From Octopus vulgaris (taxonomy: Eukaryota): 64,000 bases of DNA. Below, piece by piece: positions 1-11,742 of this stretch (its first letter is position 1; the number at the start of each line of letters is the position of its first letter). The notes under the pieces are model-generated. The model was not told where the DNA came from. It did no database searches and worked only from the letters and a program-made list of their open reading frames with translations. The position numbers were made by a program, and so were the translations under genes. The stretch lies in the NCBI GenBank assembly GCA_951406725.2, contig OX597841.1, positions 2,976,001 to 3,040,000 on the forward strand. The letters run 5' to 3'.

Positions 1-194
<194 letters not shown>

Positions 195-373
195 AAAGGA
201 AAGAGATAGTTTCATGTTTGCTATGTATTTTTAATATTCCTGTGTTTCATGCAATGGAAATTAAAATATTTCCAAAACTTTCAGATATCTTTGTTTTGTT
301 TTTCTAATTTTCAACTCCTTATTTTCCTTGGTGCAAGCACCTATATACCAAAATTCTTCCTCCTTCTGACAGC

Positions 374-1270
374 CCGAAATACCTATTTCTTTATTACTCA
401 CAAGGGGCTAAACAAGAACAGATATAGGTATTAAGTCGATTACATCGACCTCCGGTGCTAAAGTGGTACTTAATTTATCGACCCCGAAAGGATGAAAGGC
501 AAAGTCGACCTCGGCGGTATTTGAACTCAGAACGTAGTGGCAGACGAAATACCTATTTATTACCCACAAGGGGCTAAAAACAAGGACAGACATAGGTATT
601 AAGTCGATTACATCGACCTCCAGTGCTAAACTGGTACTTAATTTATCGACCCCGAAAGGATGAAAGGCAAAGTCGACCTCGGCGGAATTTGAACTCAGAA
701 CGTAGTGGTAGACGAAATACCTATTTCTTTATTACCCACAAGGGGCTAAACAAGGACAGACATAGGTATTAAGTCGATTACATCGACCTCCAGTGCTAAA
801 GTGGTACTTAATTTATCGACCCCGAAAGGATGAAAGGCAAAGTCGACCTCGGCGGAATTTGAACTCAGAACGTAGCGGCAGACGAAATACCTATTTCTTT
901 ATTACCCACAAGGGGCTAAACACAGAGGGGACAAACAAGGACAGACATAGGTATTAAGTCGATTACATCGACCCCAGTTCGTAACTGGTACTTAATTTAT
1001 CGACCCCGAAAGGATGAAAGGCAAAGTCGACCTTGGCGGAATTTGAGCTCAGAACTTAGTGGCAGACGAAATACCTATTTATTACCCACAAGGGGCTAAA
1101 AACAAGGACAGACTTAGGTATTAAGTCGATTACATCGACCTCCAGTGCTAAACTGGTACTTAATTTATCGACCCCGAAAGGATGAAAGGCAAAGTCGACC
1201 TCGGCGAATTTGAACTCACAACGTAGCGGCAGACGAAATACCGCTAAGCACTTCGCCCGGCGTGCCAACG
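374..1270 (-). mobile_element. Head-to-tail array (5 units, ~170-185 bp) of tRNA-derived SINE family A
   Basis: Minus strand: one head with A-box-like region, B box GAGTTCAAATTCC in each unit, core GCCTTTCATCCTTTCGGGGTCGATAAATTAAGTACC (Meta-domain-like, inference), tail GCCCCTTGTGGGTAATAAAGAAAT; units restart at GGTATTTCGTCTG. Confidence 0.85.
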
Positions 1271-1333
1271 TGTCTGCGTCGTTACTCTGTCCTCCCTCCG
1301 TCGGGGACACCCACACATTTTAACAGTACTCTA

Positions 1334-1644
1334 AAAAGACTCCGCCGGTTACGACGACGAGGGTCCCAGCTGATACAATCAACGGAACAGCTTGCTCGTG
1401 AAATTAACGTGCAAATGGCACGTGTACCCTTAACGTAGTTCTCGGGGATAATCAGCGTGACACAGAGAGTGACAAGGCTGACCCTTTGAAATACAAGTAC
1501 AACTCATTTTTGCCAGCTGAGTGGACTGGAGCAACGTGAAGTAAAGTGTCTTGCTCAAGGACACAACGCGTCGCCGGGAATCGAACTCACAACCTTACGA
1601 TCATGAGCCGAATGCCCTAACCACTAAGCCACGCGCCCTCACTG
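1334..1644 (-). mobile_element. tRNA-derived SINE family C with 12-bp TSD
   Basis: Minus strand head GGCGCGTGGCTTAGTGGTTAG...GAGTTCGATTCCC, then TTGTGTCCTTGAGCAAGACACTT; TSD AACAGTACTCTA at 1322-1333 and 1645-1656. Confidence 0.85.
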
Positions 1645-1689
1645 AACAGTACTCTACCGTGATATGAAGGGAGATAATATATTCCAGGA

Positions 1690-1881
1690 GAGGAGATACG
1701 CATGCGCATTGAACGCACATCCTACTTGACGCCCATATCCAGTTTAAAGTCCTGTTCATTAATTTCTCTGAATCACTTAATACATTTATAATACTTATAA
1801 TCCGTACTTATTAAGCATTTCCCTACAACCAGATACACACATATATAACAACTCTATCCTTTATGAAGCGTTTCCGTAAGT
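1690..1881 (+). promoter_or_regulatory. Putative promoter and non-coding exon 1 of ZNF-1
   Basis: NRF1/EWG-like CGCATGCGCA at 1699-1708; donor TTTCC|GTAAGT at 1876; the module recurs upstream of four other ZNF copies in matching orientation. Confidence 0.6.
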
Positions 1882-2225
1882 ATTAAACAATGAAGATGTT
1901 CAGTGCTTTTAATTCTGTATGCGTTCGTTTTTTGACACTTCTATTCTTAGAATCTCTTCTATGTTTTATGAATGAGAGATGTCCTTGAACTGCGCGTGCG
2001 ATTTGGCTGTTTCTAGCTATGGAAGAGAAATGTTTGATTTGGGCGGAATTTGGTTGCTATTTTCGCTATGGAACCTACTCTCTACACTCCCGATCGTTGA
2101 CACGTTAGTTGGTTTTTTTTTGGTTTCGTTTAAGAATCATTCTGGAATACTCTCCAACCACCGAAATGTCCAGACACCAATACTCTGTTATAATTTATCG
2201 AACGTTTTGTGTCTTTGAATAAATA

Positions 2226-3175
2226 CCTATTTCTATATTACCCACAAGGGGCTAAACATAGAGGGGACAAAGAAGGACAGACATAGGTATTAAGTCGACT
2301 ACATCGACCCCAGTGCGTAACTGGTACTTAATTTATCGACCCCGAAAGGATGAAAGGCAAAGTCGACCTCGGCGGAATTTGAACTCAGAATTTAACGGCA
2401 AACGAAATACCTATTTCTTTATTACCCACAAGGGGCTAAACATAGTGGGGACAAACATAGGTATTAAGTCGACTACATCGACCCCAGTGCGTAACTGGTA
2501 CTTAATTTATCGACCCCGAAAGGATGAAAGGCAATGTCGACCTCGGCGGAATTTGAACTCAGAATTTAACGGCAAACGAAATACCTATTTCTTTATTACC
2601 CACAAGGGGCTAAACATAGTGGCGACAAACATAAGTATTAAGTCGACTACATCGACCCCAGTGCGTAACTGGTACTTAATTTATCGACCCCGAAAGGATG
2701 AAAGGCAAAGTCGACCTCGGCGGAATTTGAACTCAGAATTTAACGGCAGACGAAATACCTATTTCTTTATTACCCACAAGGGGCTAAACATAGCGGGGAC
2801 AAAGAAGGACAGACATAGGTATTAAGTCGACTACATCGACCCCAGTGCGTAACTGGTACTTAATTTATCGACCCCGAAAGGATGAAAGGCAAAGTCGACC
2901 TCGGCGCAATTTGAACTCAGAATCTAACGGCAGTTCGAAATACCTATTTCTTTATTACCCACAAGGGGCTAAACACAGAGGGGACAAACAAGGACAGACA
3001 TAAGTATTAAGTCGATTACATCGACCCCAGTGCGTAACTGGTACTTAATTTATCGACCCCGAAAGGATGAAAGGCAAAGATGACCTCGGCGGAATTTGAA
3101 CTCAGAACGTAACGGCAGACGAAATACCGCTAAGCATTTCGCCCGGCGTGCTAACGTTTCTGCCACCTCGTCACC
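2226..3175 (-). mobile_element. Head-to-tail array (5 units) of SINE family A with 13-bp TSD
   Basis: Same unit as 374-1270; whole array flanked by CTTTGAATAAATA at 2213-2225 and 3176-3188. Confidence 0.88.
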
Positions 3176-3361
3176 CTTTGAATAAATAGCGATGTGTGCC
3201 CACTCTACTAGTAATTTCGGTAAATCTTGGCAAGTTTTTTGTTGAATGAATTACGGTGATCTCCTAACATGCAACAAAACCTCTTTTTTGATCGAGAAAA
3301 CTGAGTGGGGTGAAACACTAGCAAATTTTGATCTTTTCACTTGCATGAATTTTTTTTTTTT

Positions 3362-3810
3362 CGTGGCATCAAGTACCCTGACCTCCTCATATGCTGCAAG
3401 CTCATTTAGGATCTTTTCGCTTTGACCGGCAGATTTAGAAAAATTATTTCTTTGTAACTAAACACTTTTAAACTTCGTATACTAGTAGAATGTGTCACAT
3501 AAAACATCTTTTTCTCTTGGCGTGCTTGAGAAAATTCTGCAGTTTGTAAGCTATTTCTTGTTTAATTTCTCGTATTTCGGCAATTTCAACCAATCAATGA
3601 CGTCTATTGAGGTGAATACAATTACTGCTGTTAGAATTTTCTCAAGAGCGCCAAGAGAAAAAATATGTTTTATGTGAGACATTCTACCAGTATACGAAGT
3701 TTAAAAGTGTTTAGTTACGTGGAAATTATTTTTCTAAATCTGCCGGACAAAGTGAAAAGATCCTAAGGAGCTTGCAGCATATTAGGGGGTCAGGGTACTT
3801 GATGCCACGC
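3362..3810. mobile_element. Foldback MITE with ~180-bp terminal inverted repeats
   Basis: CGTGGCATCAAGTACCCTGACC...GAGAAAATTCT mirrored by AGAATTTTCTC...GGTCAGGGTACTTGATGCCACG; non-coding. Confidence 0.8.
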
Positions 3811-4245
3811 AAAAAATCCTTTTTTTTTTTTTCTTTTCTTAATGAAAATCGTGCAAGTGTCAAGTTCTATTTCTGGCGAAAGACTAATGTTTGTGTCCAC
3901 TATTCTGTAGTTTTATTTTAAAACTGTTACACATTGTGAAAGGTGTCGGTGTAGCTTCACACAAGATTTTGTGATATAAATTTTAATAAATTTATATGTT
4001 TAATTTAGTGCATCATCATCATTTAACGTCTGATGTTCATGCTTGGCTGGTTTGACCATAGCTGGGGAGCTGCAGCAGACTCCAGTCTTATTTCTTATGG
4101 TTTTTACCGTTGGATGCCCTTCCCAGTGCCAAACCCTTCACAATGTGTGAAGGGTGCTTTTATGTGGCATTGCACATGCACTTTTACATGGAAACGCACA
4201 TACCTTAATGTGGAAGTGCTTTTACATGATACTACACAGGTGCTT

Positions 4246-5055
4246 TTATGAACGCCTTACTTCCCTGGGCATGGACACATTGAAACTCCGACGTCTGGCA
4301 GCTGACTTGGCAGACACCCATAAAATTATCAACCATCATACAAACAATAACTCTGAGCACCTCTTCAAACTCCACCCATCTAACACCCTTGGACATGTTT
4401 ACAAAGTCAGAAAACAGCACAGTTCCCATGACTTCAGGAAACATTTTTTCACGCTGAGAGTTGCTGAAGCGTGGAACAAACTGCCGGCATCAGTTGTTAG
4501 TTGTCGGAGCACTGCATCCTTCAAAACTTCCATGCTTCCTGAGATTCGCCAACACTACACCTGATTTTCTCCCCCCCATACACACACAAGCATGTATCTG
4601 ACTCAGGCATTGTTCACTTTCCAGACATTTGTACATTACTGCATATGCAGACACCCATAAAATTATCAACCATCTTACAAACAATAACTCTGAGCACCTT
4701 TTCAAACTCCACCCATCTAACACCCTTGGACATGTTTACAAAGTAAGAAAACAGGACAGCTCCCATGACTTCAGGAAACATTTTTTCACGCTGAGAGTTG
4801 CTGAAGCATGGAACAAACTGCCGGCATCAGTTGTTAGTTGTCGGAGCACTGCATCCTTCAAAACTTCCATGCTTCCTGAGATTCGCCAACACTACACCTG
4901 ATTTTCTCCCCCTCCATACACACACAAGCATGTATTTGACTCATACATTGTTCGCTTTCCAGACATTTCTACATTACTGCATGTACTTTATATGCACTTT
5001 CTGACAAGTTGTGGTGCACCTGAGCACTGTATACAATAATTTCATTATTATTATG
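4246..5055 (+). mobile_element. CR1/L2-group LINE 3' fragment with ~335-bp tandem duplication
   Basis: YERLTSLGMDTLKLRR...GHVYKVRK...RKHFFTLRVAEAWNKLP is the typical CR1-group ORF2 C-terminus; distal part repeated; (TTA)n tail near 5045. Confidence 0.8.
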
Positions 5056-5814
5056 AGTAACAGACACAACTGCTTTTTGCCACCAGAGGGACAAGTCTTA
5101 ACACTTCTATAATGGAGTGTGGGTCTTCTTGGGTGCCAGACATCTTGGTCCATTGTCATATCACATGAATGGTTCAGCATCGCTCCTCAGCAATTCATAC
5201 CATGTCTTTCTAGGCATCCTGCTTTCACATGTTCCATTTACTTTGGGAGATCGGCACTTCTTGATGGAGCTGTCAGAATCCAGCTCAGATGTTAGGGAAA
5301 ATGTTTATTTCTATCATTTATTTCAATAGAAATGAATCTGTATGTTTTAAGTATCCTCTACATCTTACACTGTTGTTTCTCTATAATTTCAGAACATCAG
5401 ATGACATTGACATATCAGAAGAAACATCCTCAATATCTACTATATTTTAAAGACTAAAGGAAACTATTATACGAAACATATGTATCAGATTGTTTCTACA
5501 AATCAGTGATAGAATTCCTGTGAAATATTTGCTCTGAAATAATATTTCAGAACATCAGAGAGCGTCGATGTAAAAGAAGAACCATTGTCAATATCTACCA
5601 TGTTTTAAAGACTAAAAGAAATATTACGCGAAACAGATGTATAGCATTATTTCTACAAATCTGTGAAACATTTGCTCTGAAATAATATTATTAGCAAAAT
5701 TTCTGAACACCAATGACTGGAGTGTCAAGAAGGTAACACTCGACGGAAATACAGCAGTATATAAAAACAAAAGCAAGAAAAATATATAAATTTTGGTATT
5801 TGAGAGGAAGAGTA

Positions 5815-7233
5815 ATGGAAAAGAGCGAGAAAAATATGCAATTGGTTTCACCTGAACCCATGATAAAACAGAGGAGATCATACGACTGTGATATCTGTAC
5901 AAAGTCCTTTCTTCAAAGAAGCAACCTATTTACTCACAAACGTATTCACACAGGAGAGAAACCGTATCATTGTGATGTCTGTGGTAAATCGTTCTCTCAG
6001 AATAGTAGCTTAACTACACATGCACGTACTCATACAGGAGAGAGACCTTATCGTTGTGAGATCTGTGGTGAATCATTCTCTCATAGTAGTACCTTAACTA
6101 CACATGAACGTATCCATACAGGAGAGAAGCCATATCACTGTGACGTCTGTGGTAAATCCTTCTCTAATAGTAGTCACTTAACTAAACACAAACTTATTCA
6201 TACAGGTGAGGCACAATATAGATGTGATATCTGTGGTAAATCATTCCCTCAAAATAGTAAATTAACAGAACACAAATATATTCATACAGGTGAGAAACCT
6301 TATCATTGTGATATCTGTGGTAAATCATTCTCCCAAAATGGTAACTTAAAGAAACACAAACATATTCATACAGGAGAGAAACCATATAATTGTGATATTT
6401 GTGGTAAATCATTCTCTCAAAGTAATACATTAACGAAACATAAACGTATTCACACAGGGGAGAAACCATATCATTGTGATATCTGTGGTAAATCATTCCC
6501 TGTAAGTAGTACATTAATTAGACACAAATCCGTTCATACAGCAGAAAGACCATATGACTGTGATATTTGTGGTAAATCATTCTCTGAAAGTCGTACATTA
6601 TTTAGACACAGACGTATTCATACAGGAGAGAAGCCATATCATTGTGATATCTGTGGTAAATCATTCTCTGAAAGTGGTACTTTGACTAGACACAAATCTG
6701 TTCATGTGGAAGATAAGCTGTTTAAATGTAATATCTGTGGTAAATCATTCTCTGAAGGTTGTGCATTAACAAGACACAAACGTATTCATACAGGAGAGAA
6801 ACCATATCATTGTGATATCTGTGGTAAATCATTCTCTGAAAGCGGTACTTTGACTAGACACAAATCTGTTCATTTGGGAGAGAAACTGTATCGCTGTGAG
6901 ATCTGTGGTAAATCATTCTCTGAAAGTAGTACATTAACTAGACACAGACGTACTCATACAGGAGAGAAACCATATCACTGTGATATCTGTGGTAAATCAT
7001 TCTCTGAAAGTGGTACTTTGACTAGACACAAATCTATTCATACAGGAGAAAAACCATATCACTGTGATATTTGTAGTAAATCATTTGCTGACAATGGTGG
7101 CTTAGCAAAGCACAGACGTAGTCATACAGGAGAAAAACCGTATCACTGTGATATCTGTGGTAAATCATTCGCTCAGAGTTGGTACTTACCAAAACATAAA
7201 TATATTCATACAGGGAAGAAAGGGAAAATGTAG
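5815..7233 (+). CDS. C2H2 zinc-finger protein ZNF-1, 16 tandem fingers, ~22-aa leader, no recognisable effector domain
   Basis: ORF from ATG (MEKSEK) with CxxC-x12-HxxxH repeats and TGEKPY linkers; conserved acceptor ATAATTTCAG ending at 5392 upstream. Confidence 0.95.
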   Translation: MEKSEKNMQLVSPEPMIKQRRSYDCDICTKSFLQRSNLFTHKRIHTGEKPYHCDVCGKSFSQNSSLTTHARTHTGERPYRCEICGESFSHSSTLTTHERIHTGEKPYHCDVCGKSFSNSSHLTKHKLIHTGEAQYRCDICGKSFPQNSKLTEHKYIHTGEKPYHCDICGKSFSQNGNLKKHKHIHTGEKPYNCDICGKSFSQSNTLTKHKRIHTGEKPYHCDICGKSFPVSSTLIRHKSVHTAERPYDCDICGKSFSESRTLFRHRRIHTGEKPYHCDICGKSFSESGTLTRHKSVHVEDKLFKCNICGKSFSEGCALTRHKRIHTGEKPYHCDICGKSFSESGTLTRHKSVHLGEKLYRCEICGKSFSESSTLTRHRRTHTGEKPYHCDICGKSFSESGTLTRHKSIHTGEKPYHCDICSKSFADNGGLAKHRRSHTGEKPYHCDICGKSFAQSWYLPKHKYIHTGKKGKM

Positions 7234-7719
7234 TTTCCTGTTTTGCAATATATTTTTAATATTCCTTTGATTTATGCAATTGAAATTAAAGTGTTTCCAT
7301 GACTTTTAGATTTTTTTTGTTTTGTTCTTTATAAGTTTCACCTTTTTTTCCATGGTGTAAGGACCTCTATACACCATGTGAAGGTCCGAAGGTCCAGCCA
7401 TTCTTGTTGGCAGCAGTCTCTGAAGGCCCCTTATCCATCAGGAATTGCTTCTCAAGTGCACAAAATATGTGGTGTATTAGGATACAGTCTTGTTACCATT
7501 GAATTAATAAGATTGTCCAGGAAGCTATCATAACCAATGCTTATTGTTCAAGCACTATAGTCAAAATGTTTCCACTTTTCCCCCGAAGTCTCCTCTGACC
7601 TCTACCGGATGTCCTTTTCCTGAGCACCTCCGACGGCTTACCATACGGAATACCTCCCTTCCCTACCTAGTGTCTATCCTATTGACTGTAGTGATTATGA
7701 AGCCAATAAAATGATGGTA

Positions 7720-8457
7720 CAGAATCGAAATCGATCAATGGAAATTGCAGATGTGTTACCAGTGCCGGTGGCATGTAAGAGAACCTTCCGTTTCGCGACC
7801 GTTGCCAGCGCTGCCCCGACTGGCCTCGTGCCGGTGGCACGTAAAAAGCACCATCCGTTCGTGGACGTTTGCCAGCCTCGCCTGGCCCCCGTGCCGGTAG
7901 CACGTAAAAAGCACCATCCGTTCGTGGCCGTTTGCCAGCTCTGTCTGGCACCTGTGCGGGTGGCATGTAAAAAGCACCATCCGATCGTGGCCGTTTGCCA
8001 GCTCTGTCTGGCACCTGTGCCGGTAGCACGTAAAAGCACCATCTGTTCGTGTCCATTGCCAGCCTCGCCTGGCCCCTGTGCCGGTGGCACGTAAAAAGCA
8101 CCATCCGATCGTGGCCATTTGCCAGCTCTGTCTGGCACCTGTGCCGGTAGCACGTAAAAGCACCATCTGTTCGTGTCCATTGCCAGCCTCGCCTGGCCCC
8201 TGTGCCGGTGGCACGTAAAAAGCACCATCCGTTCGTGGCCGTTTGCCAGCTCTGTCTGGCACCTGCGTGGGTGGCACGTAAAAAGCACCCACTACACTCT
8301 CGGAGTGGTTGGCGTTAGGAAGGGCATCCAGCTGTAGAAACACTGCCAGATCAGACTGGGCCTGGTGCAGCCTTCTGGCTTCCCAGACCCCAGTAGAACC
8401 GTCCAACCCATGCTAGCATGGAAAACGGACGCTAAACGATGATGATGATGATGATGA
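7720..8457 (+). mobile_element. 5'-truncated RTE LINE 3' UTR (or SINE sharing it) with ~60-bp internal tandem repeats and (GAT)n tail
   Basis: Matches the region downstream of the RTE stop at 25381; GTGCCGGTGGCACGTAAAAAGCACC units; ends GACGCTAAAC(GAT)n. Confidence 0.8.
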
Positions 8458-8904
8458 ATACATGCAGGTTGAAGTCTGTGTATGTTTATGAGATCTGCCA
8501 AATGCAAGATTTCTTTTCAGATGCATAAATGCTGCTGTCTCCCATCCCAGGGTCTTGCTGGTCCACACCCTCAGAGTTGGCACATTGAAAGATAGGTGTT
8601 GAGATGCTTGAACGGACATGTGTAGATTTGTGCTGCATCCAGGAAATAAGGTGGAGAGGAAGTTCTGCTAGGTTCCTCACAGGCAAAGATCATAGGTATA
8701 AGGTTTTCTGGGTAGGGAACACTGATGGGGTTAGGGGCGTGGGTATGCTTCTTGCGGAGAAATGGGTTGATAAGGTAATTGAGGCAGTCAGAGTCTGTAA
8801 TAGAGTACTTAAGCTAAGATTAGCAACCATATCTTGGCTTCAGCCCCTCAGCCAGGTCTACCTGATGAACAGAAAAATCGATTTTATGACACCTTGCAGA
8901 CTAC

Positions 8905-9291
8905 CTTTACTCTTTACTCTTTTACTTGTTTCAGTCATTTGACTGCTGCCATGCTGGAGCACCGCCTTTAGTCGAGCAAATCGACCCCGGGACTTATTCT
9001 TTGTAAGTCCAGTACTTATTCTATCGGTCTCTTTTGCCGAACCGCTAAGTAACGGGGACTTAAACACACCAGCATCGGTTGTCAAGCAATGCTAGGGGTA
9101 CAAACACAGACACACACACACAAATACATATATACGACAGGCTTCTTTCAGTTTCCATCTACCAAATCCACTCACAAGGCATTGGTCGGCCCGGAGCTAC
9201 AGCAGAAGACACTTGCCCAAGGTGCCACGCAGTGGGACTGAACCCGGAACCATGTGGTTGGTAAGCAAGCTACTTACCACACAGCCACTCC
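8905..9291 (-). mobile_element. tRNA-derived SINE family B
   Basis: Head GGAGTGGCTGTGTGGTAAG...GGTTCAGTCCC, CCTTGGGCAAGTGTCTTC, internal (TA)/(TG)n, tail GACTGAAACAAG(TAAAAGAG)n. Confidence 0.85.
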
Positions 9292-9607
9292 TTGTCGACG
9301 AATGACGGGCCTTCTCTTTGTGGTTGGCGACTTCAATGGACATGTTGGACAACACCCAGGGAGTTTCAATGGTGTACGTGGTGGCTATGGACTTGGTTCC
9401 AGCAATGAGGAGGGAACTAGGCTGCTGGAGTTGTGTGATGCAGATATTCTTATGATCTGTTATACTAACTTGAGGAAACCTACCAGTCTGGTGGGCACAC
9501 TAGTCAGATTGACAACATTCTCACCAGGAAACAGGAATGTTGGCTACTTATTAATGCCAAAACTTTCTCAAGTGACGAATGCACCCCACAACATAGGTTA
9601 GTAGTTA

Positions 9608-10020
9608 GGCGCAGGAGTGACTATGTGGTAAGTAGTTTGCTAACCAACCACATGGTTCCGGGTTCAGTCCCACTGCGTGGCACCTTGGGCAAGTGTCTTC
9701 TGCTATAGCCCCGGGCCGACCAATGCCTTGTGAGTGGATTTGGTAGACAGAAACTGAAAGAAGCCCGTCGTATATATGTATATATATATATATAAGTGTG
9801 TGTGTATATGTTTGTGTGTCTGTGTTTGTCCCCCTAGCATTGCTTGACAACCGATGCTGGTGTGTTTACGTCCCCGTCACTTTGTGGTTCGGCAAAAGAG
9901 ACCAATAGAATAAGTACTGGGCTTACAAAGAATATGTCCCGGGGTCGATTTGCTCGACTAAAGGTGGTGCTCCAGCATGGCCGCAGTCAAATGACTGAAA
10001 CAAGTAAAAAGAGTAAAGAG
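9608..10020 (+). mobile_element. SINE family B, full length
   Basis: GGCGCAGGAGTG head to AGTAAAGAG tail; short AGTTAG duplication at flanks. Confidence 0.85.
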
Positions 10021-10284
10021 TTAGCGACTTCAGGATCAGGGCTAGAAGCTTAGGGATTGTCTGATTGGACAGAGATTTAGAGACATTACTTGAAGCTTTT
10101 GATGAGAAAGGGGAGGATATAGCATCACATAATATGGAGGTTCTTTCAGGTTGACCTGTTGAAGGCTACTGACCAAATCTGTGGATGGTGCAAAGTCCCC
10201 TCTTTCCGAGGAGGTGGGGAGAGGACTAAGGAAAATTCACAAGATCCGATGTTTTCCCCTTGTAACTGTGAGGAAAATGGATAT

Positions 10285-10820
10285 CTTTCTACAGCTGGAT
10301 GCCCTTCCTAACGCCAACAACTCCATGAGTGTAGTGGGTGCATTTACGTGCCACCTGCACAGGTGCCAGACGGGGCTGGCAACAGCCACGGACAGATGAT
10401 GCTTTTTACATGCCACCTGCACAGGTGCCAGGCGAGGCTGGTAAACGGCCACAATCGGATGGTGTTTTTTATGTGCCACTGGCATGAGGCCAGACGAGGC
10501 TGGCAAACGGCCACAATCGGATGGTGCTTTTTACGTGCCACCGGCATGGGGCCAGACGAGGCTGGCAAACGGCCACAATCGGATGGTGCTTTTTACGTGC
10601 CACCGGCATGGGGCCAGACGAAGCTGGCAAACGGCCACAATCGGATGGTGCTTTTTACGTGCCACCGGCATGGGGCCAGACGAGGCTGGCAAACGGCCAC
10701 AATCGGATGGTGCTTTTTACGTGCCACTGGCATGGGGCCAGACGAGGCTGGCAAACGGCCACAATCGGATGGTGCATTTTACTTTACGTGTCACCGACAC
10801 GGAGGCCAGTCGGGGCGGCG
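10285..10820 (-). mobile_element. RTE 3' UTR-type element with 62-bp tandem repeats
   Basis: Reverse complement of the 7720-8457 family; unit GAGGCTGGCAAACGGCCACAATCGGATGGTG... Confidence 0.75.
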
Positions 10821-11261
10821 CTGGTCTGGAAAATGGGAACTGTTTCTTTCTGTAAAATTTCTACAAGTGCGCCTTTATAAAAAAAAAAAATTAGTGGTAA
10901 CGAAGTCTGGACAGGAGATAGAAAGAATGTTACAAAATCCTCTTTAAAAACACGCAAGAGAAAGAACAATACAAAATCGTTATAAAAAACCAGTGTTCGT
11001 GTGTGAAACAAAGTATTATATTAAAACAAAATATCTTTTACAAACCTCTTAAAAGTCACTAGTTTTCAAACGGTATCCAATGATTGCATTTTCCTTTGGC
11101 AATTTTTCGTGCCGAAATTTTAATCGGGTAAACTAATACGTTTCAAATTTGTGTGGAGAGAGAGATAGAGAGACACACAGACATCATTCATGAAATATAC
11201 TTTGTGCAGCTAAAGTTCCAATAGCATAGCAATGTCATGGGTCAAATGGAGCGTGTGAGTG

Positions 11262-11297
<36 letters not shown>

Positions 11298-11377
11298 AGA
11301 TCTTGCAGGCATGAAGTGGATTCGATCCACTATAGCCAAATTAAAATTAAATTCAACAGAACTTTTCTCACAGTAGA

Positions 11378-11670
11378 ACACCACCACAACCACAAACAAC
11401 ACCACTACCACCAAAGCCGTCGCCGCTGCCACCACCTCTAAGGTGAGTACAATCAAGGTCAACATCACCAACACCATACCATCGTCATGACCCCTACAAC
11501 CATCGTCCTTAACATCAAGACCCACCAACTACCATAACCACTTTCACCTAAAAACCTACCACCGCAACCATCACCACAACCGCTACCATAAATTCTGTCA
11601 CCATTATTAAACTAATCACCAACACCATTCTCCACCACCACCACCACTATCAACAACACCGTTGTCCAAA
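11378..11670. repeat. (CAC/CCA)n-rich low-complexity sequence
   Basis: Degenerate ACC/CAC triplets. Confidence 0.7.
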
Positions 11671-11742
11671 CCCCAAACTTCAAATAAAACGATGTGTTTA
11701 CATTAAGCAGTTTTGCATTAGCTTGGCCGAAACAATGTCTTC

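Larger units (their letters stand above)
8570..10200 (+). pseudogene. Degenerate RTE APE-endonuclease region interrupted by two SINE-B copies
   Basis: VDLCCIQEIRWRG...GVGMLL and VVGDFNGHVG...NEEGTRLLELC motifs, with frameshifts. Confidence 0.75.

Noticed and set aside
2313-2825. 170-aa repetitive ORF MRNWYLIYRPRK
   Set aside because: Antisense reading of SINE-A units with length divisible by three; GTG start
374-3175. SINE-A arrays as hammerhead retrozymes or tRNA gene arrays
   Set aside because: No CUGANGA core on either strand; heads do not appear to fold as complete cloverleafs
6194-6514. Antisense or alternate-frame ORFs over ZNF genes (MIYHRYHND.., VVNHSL..)
   Set aside because: Shadow frames of the 84-bp finger repeat
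7679-8406. Overlapping repetitive ORFs (also 10348-10947, 24796-25436, 42810-43388)
   Set aside because: Stop-poor tandem repeats of the RTE 3' UTR, open in several frames on both strands
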